DNA of 64,000 nucleotides from an uncultured Thermoplasmata archaeon (GTDB lineage: Archaea; Thermoplasmatota; Thermoplasmata; Lutacidiplasmatales; UBA184), in assembly GCA_963809035.1 (NCBI GenBank), contig CAWEHV010000002.1:2173601-2237600 (forward strand), in the 5' to 3' direction. The notes below the pieces were generated by a model. That model was not told the origin of the DNA. It ran no database searches and saw only the letters and a program-made list of their open reading frames with translations. Made by a program: the position numbers and the translations under genes. Below, piece by piece: positions 54,479-63,718 of the stretch (positions are counted from its first letter, which is position 1; every line of letters starts with the position of its first letter).

Positions 54479-56530
54479 GTGAGCTTCCCCGGCCCTTCGG
54501 GACCCGTTCTGGTGCTGGGGCTGCTGGGCCTCGCCGTCGCCTCCGCGGTCCTCGGCGAGTCGGTCCGATTGATCGCCACCCGATGGGTCGTCGCGTGGCG
54601 CGAGCTCGAGGCGGTCGAGCGTGGGCTCCTCGACTTCTTCCTCGGGGGTGCGGTCCTCTACCTCCTCGCCGCGCTGCCGGTCGGAGGATTTTCCCTCGCC
54701 TCCGTGGTGGCCGTCCTGACCGCGGGTGCGATCGGGGTGGTATGGGTGGCCGCGCGCCGGTGGCGTTCCCGTTCTCTCTCCTTCCGGACCCTGGTAGGCC
54801 CCCTCGTCCGTCCGGCCGTCCTCCTCACCGGACTGGCGGCCCTCGCGCTCCTCCTCTTCGAGGTCGCGGTGGCGCTTCCGGTCGGCACGGGCAACACGTA
54901 CGATTCGAGCTTATTGACGTTCTATACCGCCCGGCTCATCGAGGGTCACCAGCTCGCGTTCTCGTTCCTGCCGTCCGCCTCAGTCGGGATCCTGTACCCT
55001 CAGGGCACGACCGCGTGGCTGGGCGCCGGTCAGCTCCTGCTGGGCCTTCCGGGGGCCCGTACCACCCTCCTCCTGACGCCCCTGTTCTTCGGCCTGGCTC
55101 CGATCGGGGGATTCGTCCTTGGGCGCCGACTCCTCGGAGGCGACCTGGGCGGGCTCGCGTTCGCCCTGGTCCTGGCCGCCGTCGCGAGCTGGACCCGGGT
55201 CCTCGTCGGCGGGAGCAACGACTTCGTCCTCGCGTTCCCCTTAGTTCTTTGGCTCGCCGGCCAGGCGGTCGGCTGGATGCGATCCGTGCCCACTCCGGCC
55301 GACGCGGTCGGGTTTGGCCTCGTGCTCGGTTACTCCGCCGCCCTCAATCCGGTCGGCGCCCAATGGCTGGGCCCCGCGCTCCTGATCATGGGGCTCATCG
55401 CGGTCCCCCGGCTGGCCGGGTCGGCCCGCCGATGGCTCGCCCGCTGGGGCGCGGCGATGCTCACGGCTCTCCTTCCCCTCCTCCCCACCTGGTACGTGCT
55501 AGCGCGGGGGGTCTCCATGCCCGGCTACCTACCGGGAGCAGGTCCCGCCTCGGGCAGCCCGTCGGGGTTCGATACCGCCCGCCTCGTCGGATACGTGGAC
55601 CCGTATCTCTTTGGCCCCCACGACGTCTGGCTCTCACCGCTCCCCGCCGTCCGCGCCGAGATCGTGCTGCTCTTCACCGTCGGTCTGGCCCTCCTCTTTC
55701 TCGCCGGACGGGCGACGCTCGGCCCCCGCTTCGGCCCGATCGTGGCCTTTCTGCTCGGAGGCATCGTCGCCACGGTGGGCTTGATCGGCGTCGACTGGGC
55801 GGGGTCCGTGGGAGGTCCCGTCGGTGCCCTGGCCAGCGTGATCAGCGAGGGCGAGGCGTCCATCTGGTTGTTGACGTGGTATGCGCTCATCGCGACGCTC
55901 CCGCTCGCCGTCGTCCTGGAGTGGGCCGTCCGAGCGAATCGGTCCGTCCCTCCGTCGCCCCCGCATCCGGCCCGCCCGGGGCGCTGGAGTCTCGACCGTC
56001 GACCCAGTGGGGCCGCCGCGGCCCTGCCGCTCGTGATCGCCCTCGTGATCGTCGTTCCGGGGGCGGTGCTCACTCCGACCCAGCTCGCCCCGGTCCTATC
56101 GACCCTTTACCACAACTTTGGGAATGTCACGGAAGCGGATTTCGACCTGCTCTCCTACTCCGGCGCCCACCTGCCCAGCGGGGCACGAGTGCTCGTCGCC
56201 CCGGGCAGTGCGGGAGAGTTTCTGCCCGCGTACGACCCCACCGCGGTCCTGCTCTACCCGATGCTGCCGGGATGGACGGAGCTGAACGCGTCCTACACGC
56301 TGCTGGTCAGCGAGTTGACCAACGCGACGCTCCCCGCGAACGGGATCGCCGCCCTCCGGGTCCTGAATGTCCAGTTCATCATAGTGACCGAGTCGAACAG
56401 CGTGCTCTGGCCGGCGTTTTCCCCCGCCCCCCTTCTGTTCGACAATGAGTTCCCGCGGTTGTTCCAGGAGGGCGGCGCCCTCCTGTTCTCCGTACCGACC
56501 TCCGTGAATCCGGGGCCCAATCCGCCCTAG
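54479..56530 (+). CDS. Large polytopic membrane protein, putative GT-C-fold glycosyltransferase (PMT/ArnT-like)
   Basis: 683 aa; ~11 N-terminal TM helices followed by a soluble C-terminal domain. GTG start preceded by TATAGTA and GGAGGGGG. Divergent from the flippase. Confidence 0.45.
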   Translation: MSFPGPSGPVLVLGLLGLAVASAVLGESVRLIATRWVVAWRELEAVERGLLDFFLGGAVLYLLAALPVGGFSLASVVAVLTAGAIGVVWVAARRWRSRSLSFRTLVGPLVRPAVLLTGLAALALLLFEVAVALPVGTGNTYDSSLLTFYTARLIEGHQLAFSFLPSASVGILYPQGTTAWLGAGQLLLGLPGARTTLLLTPLFFGLAPIGGFVLGRRLLGGDLGGLAFALVLAAVASWTRVLVGGSNDFVLAFPLVLWLAGQAVGWMRSVPTPADAVGFGLVLGYSAALNPVGAQWLGPALLIMGLIAVPRLAGSARRWLARWGAAMLTALLPLLPTWYVLARGVSMPGYLPGAGPASGSPSGFDTARLVGYVDPYLFGPHDVWLSPLPAVRAEIVLLFTVGLALLFLAGRATLGPRFGPIVAFLLGGIVATVGLIGVDWAGSVGGPVGALASVISEGEASIWLLTWYALIATLPLAVVLEWAVRANRSVPPSPPHPARPGRWSLDRRPSGAAAALPLVIALVIVVPGAVLTPTQLAPVLSTLYHNFGNVTEADFDLLSYSGAHLPSGARVLVAPGSAGEFLPAYDPTAVLLYPMLPGWTELNASYTLLVSELTNATLPANGIAALRVLNVQFIIVTESNSVLWPAFSPAPLLFDNEFPRLFQEGGALLFSVPTSVNPGPNPP

Positions 56531-57425
56531 ACGAACTCGTCGAGGACGTCGTTACGGCCCTTTATTCCCGAGGGCTGGAGGGCGAGCGGTCCGGCCGCGA
56601 GCACCTCTTCGAGGTCCTCGTACGTCGGCCGGTCGGTCTTGTAGAACAGGCCGATCGGGATCTTGTCGCCCCACTCGAGCGAGCGCGCGAACGCCGCGAC
56701 GATGTCGCTCGGGTCGTGCCCCGCGCTCTCCAGCTTGTAGACGCGCTGGCGGAAGAAGTCGAACGTGTTGATCTTGTTGTACGTGACGCAGGGGCTGAAC
56801 ACGTCGATGAACGAGAAGCCGTTGTGCTGGATCCCGCCGGCCACGAGGTCGGCCAGCTGCTTCACGTCGCCCGAGAATCCGCGCGCGATGTAGGTAGCTC
56901 CGCTCGCGAGCGCGAGGGAGATCGGCTCGATCGGGTGCTCGATCACACCGGTGGGGGTGGATTTCGTCTTCTGACCCATCACGGACGTCGGGCTCGCCTG
57001 GCCCGTCGTCAGTCCGTAGATCTGGTTGTCCATCGTGACGTAGGTGAGGTTGACGTTCCGGCGCATCGCGTGGATGAAATGGCCCGCCCCGATGCCGAAC
57101 CCGTCGCCGTCCCCCCCGTACCGATGACCGTCAGTCCATGGTTGGCCCAGCGGATCCCCTCCGCGACCGGGAGCGAGCGACCGTGGAGTCCGTGGAAGCC
57201 GTACGAGGAGAGGAAGTGGGGCAGGTTCGACGAGCAGCCGATCCCGGAGACGATCACGACGTTGTGGCTCGGAATCTGCAGCCGTTTTACGGCCATCTCG
57301 ACCGCCGCAACGACTCCGAAATCGCCGCAGCCCGGGCACCAGGTCGGCTTGGTGTCCGACTTACCGATGAGGGGGAGGGCGCTTCCGGTGGGCGTCGGCA
57401 CCACGCGTGCGCTACTTTCCGCCAT
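56527..57425 (-). CDS. korB: 2-oxoacid:ferredoxin oxidoreductase beta subunit (TPP-binding); frameshifted at a C7/G7 homopolymer (57111-57117)
   Basis: The N-terminal part (CPGCGDFG...GLTVIGTGG) is in the ORF 57009..57425 frame. The continuation (DGDGFGIGAGHFIHAMRRN..., TPP GDG motif) is in the ORF 56527..57339 frame. One extra G would restore ...TGGDGDGF... Confidence 0.85.
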
Positions 57426-59166
57426 GGTCCAACTCCTCGAGGCCGCGAGCGACGATCTCGTGGGGATAGAACGGTTCCCCGTCGTACTTGAGGAAGCGGT
57501 CCGTCAGGTGGACTCCCGTCTCGGCGCGAAGGAGGCGCCCGAACTGCCCCGAGTAGTTCGCTTCGATCAGCAGGGTCCGGTGGGTCCGTCCGAGCGCGGT
57601 CACGATGCCGTCCGGGTCGAGCGGAAAGACGGTCGGGAAATAGAGGAGGTTCGTCGACTTCCCCTGCGATGCGAGCTGCGCCATCGCATCCCGGATCGGG
57701 CCCACGGTCGACCCCCACGCCACGAAGGTGAGGGGCGCCTCGGCCGGACCCTCCAGGACCGGCGGGGCCGAGTCGGCCCGCAGACCACGCAGCTTGCTCA
57801 TTCGCTTGTCCATCATCTGCACGCGCTCGGCGACCCACCGGGGGATCCCGGACCGAGTGTCGGAGACCAAGTGACCCTTCTCGTCGTGCTCGTCCGAGCC
57901 GGCGACGAATTGGAGCCCCGGTTGGCCGGGGAGCGCCCGGGGCGAGACTCCCGAGTCGGTGTACTGGTAGCGCTTGTACTCATGGCCGTTCGGCGGCACC
58001 GTGAACAGGCTCGACGGCTCGAGGTTCAACGCGACCTCCTCCCGGTCCACCGTGAAGTGGCTTTCGGAGAGATGGAGGTCGCTCGCCAGCAGCACCGGCG
58101 TCTGCCAGGCTTCGGCGAGTTCGAACGCTCGAATGGTCGCTAGGTAAGCGTCCTTCGCGTCGGTGGGTGCGAGGATCGCACGGGGAAACTCTCCCTGCCC
58201 TGCGCCGAGCATCATGTTCAGGTCTCCCTGCTCGGTCTTGGTCGGGAGACCGGTCGACGGGCCACACCTTTGCGATTCGACGACCACGACCGGGGTCTCG
58301 GTCATGCCGGCCAGTCCGAGCGCTTCGACCATGAGGGCGAAGCCCCCGCCACTCGTGGCCGTCATCGACCGAACGCCGGCGAAGGAAGCGCCGATCGCCA
58401 TGTTGATGGCCGCGATCTCATCTTCGGCCTGCTTGACGACGATCCCCAGGCTCTGGGCGTGCGCGGCGAGCCAGTGGAGGACGCCCGAGGCGGGTGTCAT
58501 CGGATACTGGGCGAGGAACTTGCAGCCGGCCGCGGCCGCCCCGAGGGCGATCGCCTGGTTGCCGGTCATCAGGAGCTTGGGCGCGCCACCCTTGCGCACC
58601 GCCGAGGCGTTCGCGCTCGCGTGGGTTTCCGCGAAGTGATAGCCCTCCGCGCTCGCGCCGAGGTTCCACGTGACGACGTCACCGGCCTTCCGGCCGAACG
58701 AGTCCTGGAGCACCTGGTGCAGGAGGTCGAGCGGGATCCCGGCCAGGAACGCGGTCGCCCCGATCCCGCCGGCGTTCTGGAGGATCGACTGGCTCGTATA
58801 CTTCCGGGCGAATTCGAGCGTTGGTACGGGCAGGGCCCTGACGCCGGCGGGCAGCTCGCTCTCGGAGACCGCGAACTTCTCGGGGTCGAAGACCACGGTG
58901 CCGCCGCGCCGGAGGCCGGCCGCGTGCACATCGACCGTCTGCTTGTCGAGGGCGTACAGGATGTCGAGACCGTCGCCTTGGGAGTGCGGCCGTCCGTCCC
59001 CGGTACGCGCGTGGTACCAGACGTGCCCTCCACGGATCACCGATTGGTAGGCGTTGAGGCCGAAGACGTGGAGGCCCATCCGGGAAAAGCATCGGGCGAT
59101 TGTCTCGCCCACGGAGGCGATGCCGTCCCCGGCTTGACCTCCCGAACGGACCGAAAGCTCCGACAT
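57412..59166 (-). CDS. korA: 2-oxoacid:ferredoxin oxidoreductase alpha subunit (fused gamma-alpha type)
   Basis: 584 aa; N-terminal gamma-like domain, transketolase-like Pyr domain (GASFAGVRSMTATSGGGF), and domain II. It overlaps the korB start by 14 nt. Confidence 0.9.
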   Translation of the reverse strand: MSELSVRSGGQAGDGIASVGETIARCFSRMGLHVFGLNAYQSVIRGGHVWYHARTGDGRPHSQGDGLDILYALDKQTVDVHAAGLRRGGTVVFDPEKFAVSESELPAGVRALPVPTLEFARKYTSQSILQNAGGIGATAFLAGIPLDLLHQVLQDSFGRKAGDVVTWNLGASAEGYHFAETHASANASAVRKGGAPKLLMTGNQAIALGAAAAGCKFLAQYPMTPASGVLHWLAAHAQSLGIVVKQAEDEIAAINMAIGASFAGVRSMTATSGGGFALMVEALGLAGMTETPVVVVESQRCGPSTGLPTKTEQGDLNMMLGAGQGEFPRAILAPTDAKDAYLATIRAFELAEAWQTPVLLASDLHLSESHFTVDREEVALNLEPSSLFTVPPNGHEYKRYQYTDSGVSPRALPGQPGLQFVAGSDEHDEKGHLVSDTRSGIPRWVAERVQMMDKRMSKLRGLRADSAPPVLEGPAEAPLTFVAWGSTVGPIRDAMAQLASQGKSTNLLYFPTVFPLDPDGIVTALGRTHRTLLIEANYSGQFGRLLRAETGVHLTDRFLKYDGEPFYPHEIVARGLEELDHGGK

Positions 59167-59216
59167 CGGTCAATCGAGAGGACATCCGTATTAATCGGTT
59201 GTGCGCTCCACCGGCG

Positions 59217-59513
59217 ATGACCGCGACCGGAAAGGGTCGAAGTCCGCCGGGGCCCCCGGCCGGCCGGGTCCGAGTGCTCCTGTTCGCGACGGCGCGCACC
59301 GCGGTCGGAACGCGTTCCCTTCCCTGGCCGGTCTCGGCCGGCGGGACGACCGTGCGGGAGCTCCTAGCCGAGCTCGCCCGGATCCATCCCCGCTTGATCC
59401 CGATCCTCGCCCACAGTCGGTTCTTCCACGATGGCATCCCGGTCGCTCGGCTCGACGAGCGGGTGCGTCCGGGCGAGGAGCTTGCGGTCCACCCGCCCTA
59501 CGGGGGAGGTTGA
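59217..59513 (+). CDS. moaD: MoaD/ThiS-family sulfur carrier protein (C-terminal GG)
   Basis: Beta-grasp pattern VRVLLFATART...ELAVHPPYGGG ending in Gly-Gly. ATG at 59217 (a shorter GTG start is possible). Confidence 0.7.
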   Translation: MTATGKGRSPPGPPAGRVRVLLFATARTAVGTRSLPWPVSAGGTTVRELLAELARIHPRLIPILAHSRFFHDGIPVARLDERVRPGEELAVHPPYGGG

Positions 59514-59514
59514 C

Positions 59515-59955
59515 TTGTCGGTCCGGTTGAGTGCCCGTCCGCTCTCCGTCTCGGCCGCCCTCCGGGAGCTCGGCGACCCTACCCTCGGAGGGGTTGTCGT
59601 TTTCGTGGGGCGAGTCCGCGACGACCCCACTCCGGCCGGAACCGTGGCGGCGCTCCTCTACGAGGCCCATCGGGTCCCGGCGCTGAACGCCCTACGGGAG
59701 CTCGAAGCGGAGGCACAGCGACGGTTTGGCGCCGGCCGCACCGTAGCCTGGCACCGGGTCGGGCGGGTGCGGGTGGGCGAGGTCGCCGTTATCGTCGGTG
59801 CCGCGTGCGGGCACCGGAAGGAGGCGTTCGCCGCGACCCGGTTCTTGATCGACCGGCTGAAGCGGACCGTGCCGGTGTGGAAGGAGGCGCGAGCACGACC
59901 CGGGCGTCGACCGCGATCACGCCGGAGCCGGCGGCCCGCACGATCATCGGGTTGA
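59515..59955 (+). CDS. moaE: Molybdopterin synthase catalytic subunit MoaE
   Basis: GGVVVFVGRVRD, LYEAHRVPALNAL and HRVGRVRVGEVAVIVGAACGHRKEAF motifs. A TTG start 2 nt after the moaD stop is proposed; the C-terminal tail overlaps acd. Confidence 0.8.
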   Translation: MSVRLSARPLSVSAALRELGDPTLGGVVVFVGRVRDDPTPAGTVAALLYEAHRVPALNALRELEAEAQRRFGAGRTVAWHRVGRVRVGEVAVIVGAACGHRKEAFAATRFLIDRLKRTVPVWKEARARPGRRPRSRRSRRPARSSG

Positions 59956-62008
59956 GGTCCAGCTCCGCGACCTCTGGCAGCTCGACGGCCAGCTGGGAGA
60001 CCCGCTCGATCGCTTCGGCGAGCGCCTCGATGTCGCTAGGAGGCTCGCCGCGGACCCCTTGGAGGAGCGGGAATGCCTTGACCGACTTGATCATGTGGAC
60101 GGCCGAGAGGGGCCGCACCGGCGCCAATCGGAACGTCACGTCGCGGAGCACCTCGACGTAGATCCCACCGAGTCCGAAGGCGACGATCGGCCCGAATCCG
60201 GGGTCGCGTTGGAGTCCGATCAGGACCTCCTTCCCTCCCCGGACCTCCGCCTCGACCTCGAACCCCTCGATCCGGGCGGATGGGGCGCGCACCCGGAGGT
60301 TCTCGGTCATCGTCCGGACGGCTTCTCGGACCGCGTCCCCGTCCTCCAGGTGAAGCAAGACGCCGCCGACGTCCGTCTTGTGGGAGATGTCGGGGGAGGC
60401 GACCTTGAGGACGACCGGGTAGCCGACCTCGCGGGCGGCCGCAACGGCTTCCTCCGCGGTCCGTACGCGCCGCACCTTGGCGAACGGGATCCCGAACGCG
60501 GAGAGGAGTTCCCGCGCGGCGTACTCGGGCAGCAGCGATACCCCGGCGCGACGGGCCCGTGCGATGACGGTCCGCGCCGCGTGGAGGTCGACGGAAAACT
60601 TGCGGATCTCCGTGCGAGGACGGTTGAGCCACGCCCGATACCGGGCGAGGCTGCCGAGGCCCTGGACGGCCTCCTCGGGGAAGGTGAACGCCGGGACGCC
60701 GCCCGCCTCGAGCGTCTCTACGTCTTCGGAGAGGTCGGTCAGACCGAAGAGGCACGCGGTGAGGGCCTTGGGACTGCTTGCGTGCGCCTCGAGGATCGCC
60801 TTCGCGACCGCCGCCCCGGTAAGCGTCCCGGTCGGGGTCGTTATCGCCAGCACGCCGTCGGTCCGAGGGGCGTCCAGGATGATGCGGAGCGCCTGGGTCC
60901 ACTGGGCGGGTCCCGCGTCCGCGGTCATGTCGACCGGGTTCGCGAGCGCGGCCGACGGAGAGAGGATGCGAGCAAGCTTGCTCCGTTCGGAGTCCGATGG
61001 GAGGGGAAGCTCGAGGTGGTGCCGCTCCGCTGCGTCCGCGGCCACGATCCCGGGGCCTCCGGAATTCGTTAGAATGGCGAGTCGGGGACCCTCCAGCCGG
61101 AGCCCGGCGGAGAAGAGCTTCGCGGTCCGGAACAGCTCCCCGATCGACTCGACCCGCTCGACGCCCGACTGCTCGAAGAGCGCGTCGTAGAGCTGGTCGC
61201 GCCCGGATTGGGCCAGCGAACCGGTGTGGCTCCGTGCCGCTCGCTCGCCGGCAGGGGTCCGGCCGCTCTTGATCACGAGCACCGGCTTCACCTCCGTCAC
61301 CTCACGGGCCGCCTCGAGGAAGCGGCGGCCGTTCGCGAGGCTCTCGACGTAGAGCAGGATGACGCGGGTCGCCGGGTTACGCCCGAGGGAGCTCAAGAGG
61401 TCGTTCTCGTCGATGCCCGCACGGTTGCCGACCGAGACGAACTGCGAGAACCCGATCCGTTCGGCAATGCCGTACGCGAGAATGCCCGCACAGAGCGCTC
61501 CGCTCTGCGAGACGAACGCGATGTTCCCCCGGGGCGGGAGGCTCTCGCTGAAGGTGGCGTTCAGGCTGACGTTCGGGTCGGTGTTCAGGAGACCGAAGCA
61601 ATTCGGGCCGACCAGCGACATGCGGTACTTTTGCGCCGTGCGAATGAGCTCGTCCTCGAGGGCGATCCCCTCGCCGCCCACCTCGCGGAATCCGGACGAG
61701 ATCACGATGACCCCGCGGGTGCCCGCGCGGCCGAGTTCGTTCACGACCCCGTTCACATGGCGGGCCGGAACGATGACGATCCCGAGGTCCGGTGGCTCCG
61801 GGAGATGGGCGATGTCCGGGTAACAGTGGACCCCCGAAACGCTCGCCCAAGACGGGTTGACCGGGTAGGCTACGCCGCGGAAGCCCGCCTGCAGGACGTT
61901 CCGGAACAGGGTCATCCCCACGGTACCGGGCCGGTTCGAGGCGCCGATCACGGCGAGGGACTTCGGCTCGAACAGCTCGTTCAGTCCCTCCCGTGGCAAC
62001 TCCGTCAT
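59789..62008 (-). CDS. acd: Acetate--CoA ligase (ADP-forming), fused alpha-beta (ACD)
   Basis: CoA-binding LAVIGASNRPGTVG, succinyl-CoA-synthetase-like flavodoxin domain, and ATP-grasp beta domain (VVLKVASPDISHKTDVGGV). Leaderless ATG 62008, ~34 nt from the shared TATA. Confidence 0.9.
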   Translation of the reverse strand: MTELPREGLNELFEPKSLAVIGASNRPGTVGMTLFRNVLQAGFRGVAYPVNPSWASVSGVHCYPDIAHLPEPPDLGIVIVPARHVNGVVNELGRAGTRGVIVISSGFREVGGEGIALEDELIRTAQKYRMSLVGPNCFGLLNTDPNVSLNATFSESLPPRGNIAFVSQSGALCAGILAYGIAERIGFSQFVSVGNRAGIDENDLLSSLGRNPATRVILLYVESLANGRRFLEAAREVTEVKPVLVIKSGRTPAGERAARSHTGSLAQSGRDQLYDALFEQSGVERVESIGELFRTAKLFSAGLRLEGPRLAILTNSGGPGIVAADAAERHHLELPLPSDSERSKLARILSPSAALANPVDMTADAGPAQWTQALRIILDAPRTDGVLAITTPTGTLTGAAVAKAILEAHASSPKALTACLFGLTDLSEDVETLEAGGVPAFTFPEEAVQGLGSLARYRAWLNRPRTEIRKFSVDLHAARTVIARARRAGVSLLPEYAARELLSAFGIPFAKVRRVRTAEEAVAAAREVGYPVVLKVASPDISHKTDVGGVLLHLEDGDAVREAVRTMTENLRVRAPSARIEGFEVEAEVRGGKEVLIGLQRDPGFGPIVAFGLGGIYVEVLRDVTFRLAPVRPLSAVHMIKSVKAFPLLQGVRGEPPSDIEALAEAIERVSQLAVELPEVAELDLNPMIVRAAGSGVIAVDARVVLAPPSTPARSASAGRSRTGSRRTPPSGARTRHRR

Positions 62009-62040
62009 CAATTTCACCACCCCCGCTAGGCCTCGGAGCC

Positions 62041-62054
62041 TCCATAATATAGAC
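62041..62054. promoter_or_regulatory. Bidirectional palindromic TATA element (CATAATATAGA) serving acd (minus) and mrp (plus)
   Basis: The AT-only decamer is ~33 nt from ATG 62008 on one strand and ~25 nt from ATG 62075 on the other. Confidence 0.5.
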
Positions 62055-62074
62055 GCCCTGGCGTGGACCGACCC

Positions 62075-62944
62075 ATGACCGCCGCTGAAACTCCCCCGGC
62101 GGGCCACCCAACGTCCACGCCGCCCGGGCCGATGCGACGCGGGCCCCCCGGCAGCGTCCTCCAACGGATGGACAAGGGAAGGATCCGGCACGTGGTCGCG
62201 GTCGGGAGCGGGAAGGGCGGGGTCGGCAAGTCGACCGCGACGGCGCTCCTCGCGACCGAGCTACGGCGCCGGGGACTGCGCGTCGGGATCCTGGACGCCG
62301 ACATCACCGGCCCCTCCATCCCGAAATTGCTCGGGATGACCGGCCCGCTCACGGACCGCGGCGAGGGGATCGAACCGGCCGTTTCCCGCACCGGCATTCC
62401 CGTCGTCTCCTCCCAGTTCATGGTCGAGGACGAGAAGACGCCCGTCATCTGGCGCGGTCCGCTCGTCACCCGCCTGATCACGCAGTTCTTCGGAGGCGTG
62501 AACTGGGGAGCGCTCGACTACCTGCTGATCGACATGCCGCCCGGCACGAGCGACGTTCCCCTCACGGTCTTCCAGACGATCCCCATCGACGGGATGGTCT
62601 TCGTCCTCACGCCGCAGGACCTCGCGGCCCTGATCGTGAGAAAGGCGATGAACATGGCCCGGGAACTTCACGTCCCGCTCCTCGGCCTCGTCGAGAACAT
62701 GTCCTACCTCAACTGCCCGGACTGCGGCCGGCGGATCGACCTCTTCGGCGTCAGCAAGGTCGCCCAGATCGCCGAGGAGTACGGGATCCCCGTGCTGGGC
62801 CAGCTGCCGGTCGCGCCTCCGATCAGCGCTCTCTCCGACGCGGGACGGATCGAGGAGCACGTCGGGCCCGAGGTCGCGATGCTCGCCGATATGTTCGTCC
62901 ACTCGGTCGACGAGGCTACGAAGGGGCAGACGGCGGTCCTCTGA
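62075..62944 (+). CDS. mrp: Mrp/NBP35 (ApbC) family Fe-S cluster carrier ATPase
   Basis: Deviant Walker A SGKGGVGKST and CPDCG cluster-binding motif; ATG 62075 (the track start at 62063 is GTG). Confidence 0.9.
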   Translation: MTAAETPPAGHPTSTPPGPMRRGPPGSVLQRMDKGRIRHVVAVGSGKGGVGKSTATALLATELRRRGLRVGILDADITGPSIPKLLGMTGPLTDRGEGIEPAVSRTGIPVVSSQFMVEDEKTPVIWRGPLVTRLITQFFGGVNWGALDYLLIDMPPGTSDVPLTVFQTIPIDGMVFVLTPQDLAALIVRKAMNMARELHVPLLGLVENMSYLNCPDCGRRIDLFGVSKVAQIAEEYGIPVLGQLPVAPPISALSDAGRIEEHVGPEVAMLADMFVHSVDEATKGQTAVL

Positions 62945-63632
62945 GCTCGCGGAGCTTCGCGAACGGGATGGATTCGACGGCCACGCCCCGGCGGCCGAGC
63001 GCCGCCGCGAGCCCGGGGAGATGCGCGTCGCCCACGACGGCGGCGATGCGGCCGTACCCCTGCCGGCGCAGATGCGTCAGCCGTTCGGCCATGTGCTCGT
63101 TCCGTTCGTCCAACAGTACGCGGGCGAGGGTGGGGCTCGCGAGGCGCAGCTGGTCCGTGTACTCCTCCGGCGACGCCGCGTAGCGGTCCATCTCGCGAGT
63201 CACCAGGCGGGTCGGCAGGAACAGCGCGACGAACGCCCCGAAGAGCAGCTGGACCCGTTCCTTGTACGGCATCGACTGGACGAGACGCATCACGGTGAGC
63301 CGGAGCGGGTCGTCGATCAAGAACAGAGGTAGCTGACGCTCGCGGGCGACTAGCGCGGCGACCTTCATCTCCGCACCGGCCTCCCCGCCGCCGAGCTCGG
63401 AACCGAGGCGTCGTTGGATCAATCCCCACACCCGGGTGAGGAGCGGGAGTCCGCTGTGGTCCCGAGGGTGCGAGGACGGAGCGAAGAGCGAGCCGGCCCG
63501 TTCCGGGTCGAGCTCGACGGCGAGCCCGTCCAGCACCCGGCCGGCGAGGACCGAACGCAACGGCCCGGAGAGGTCGATGACGTGCGCGGCCCCAAGGAGG
63601 AGCACCGGCGACTCCGTCGTCCGCGCGTACAT
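62916..63632 (-). CDS. TraB/GumN family protein
   Basis: LLLGAAHVIDLS, VELDPER and AAVVGDAHLPGL motifs of the TraB family; its 3' end overlaps the mrp 3' end. Confidence 0.7.
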   Translation of the reverse strand: MYARTTESPVLLLGAAHVIDLSGPLRSVLAGRVLDGLAVELDPERAGSLFAPSSHPRDHSGLPLLTRVWGLIQRRLGSELGGGEAGAEMKVAALVARERQLPLFLIDDPLRLTVMRLVQSMPYKERVQLLFGAFVALFLPTRLVTREMDRYAASPEEYTDQLRLASPTLARVLLDERNEHMAERLTHLRRQGYGRIAAVVGDAHLPGLAAALGRRGVAVESIPFAKLRELRGPPSAPS

Positions 63633-63718
63633 GCTGTCCGGGACAGCCGATGCGGCTATCTCCCTTTCCCGCGGGCGGCGAGCGAACCCCCAAATAGGGG
63701 AGGACGGTCGCGGAGCCG

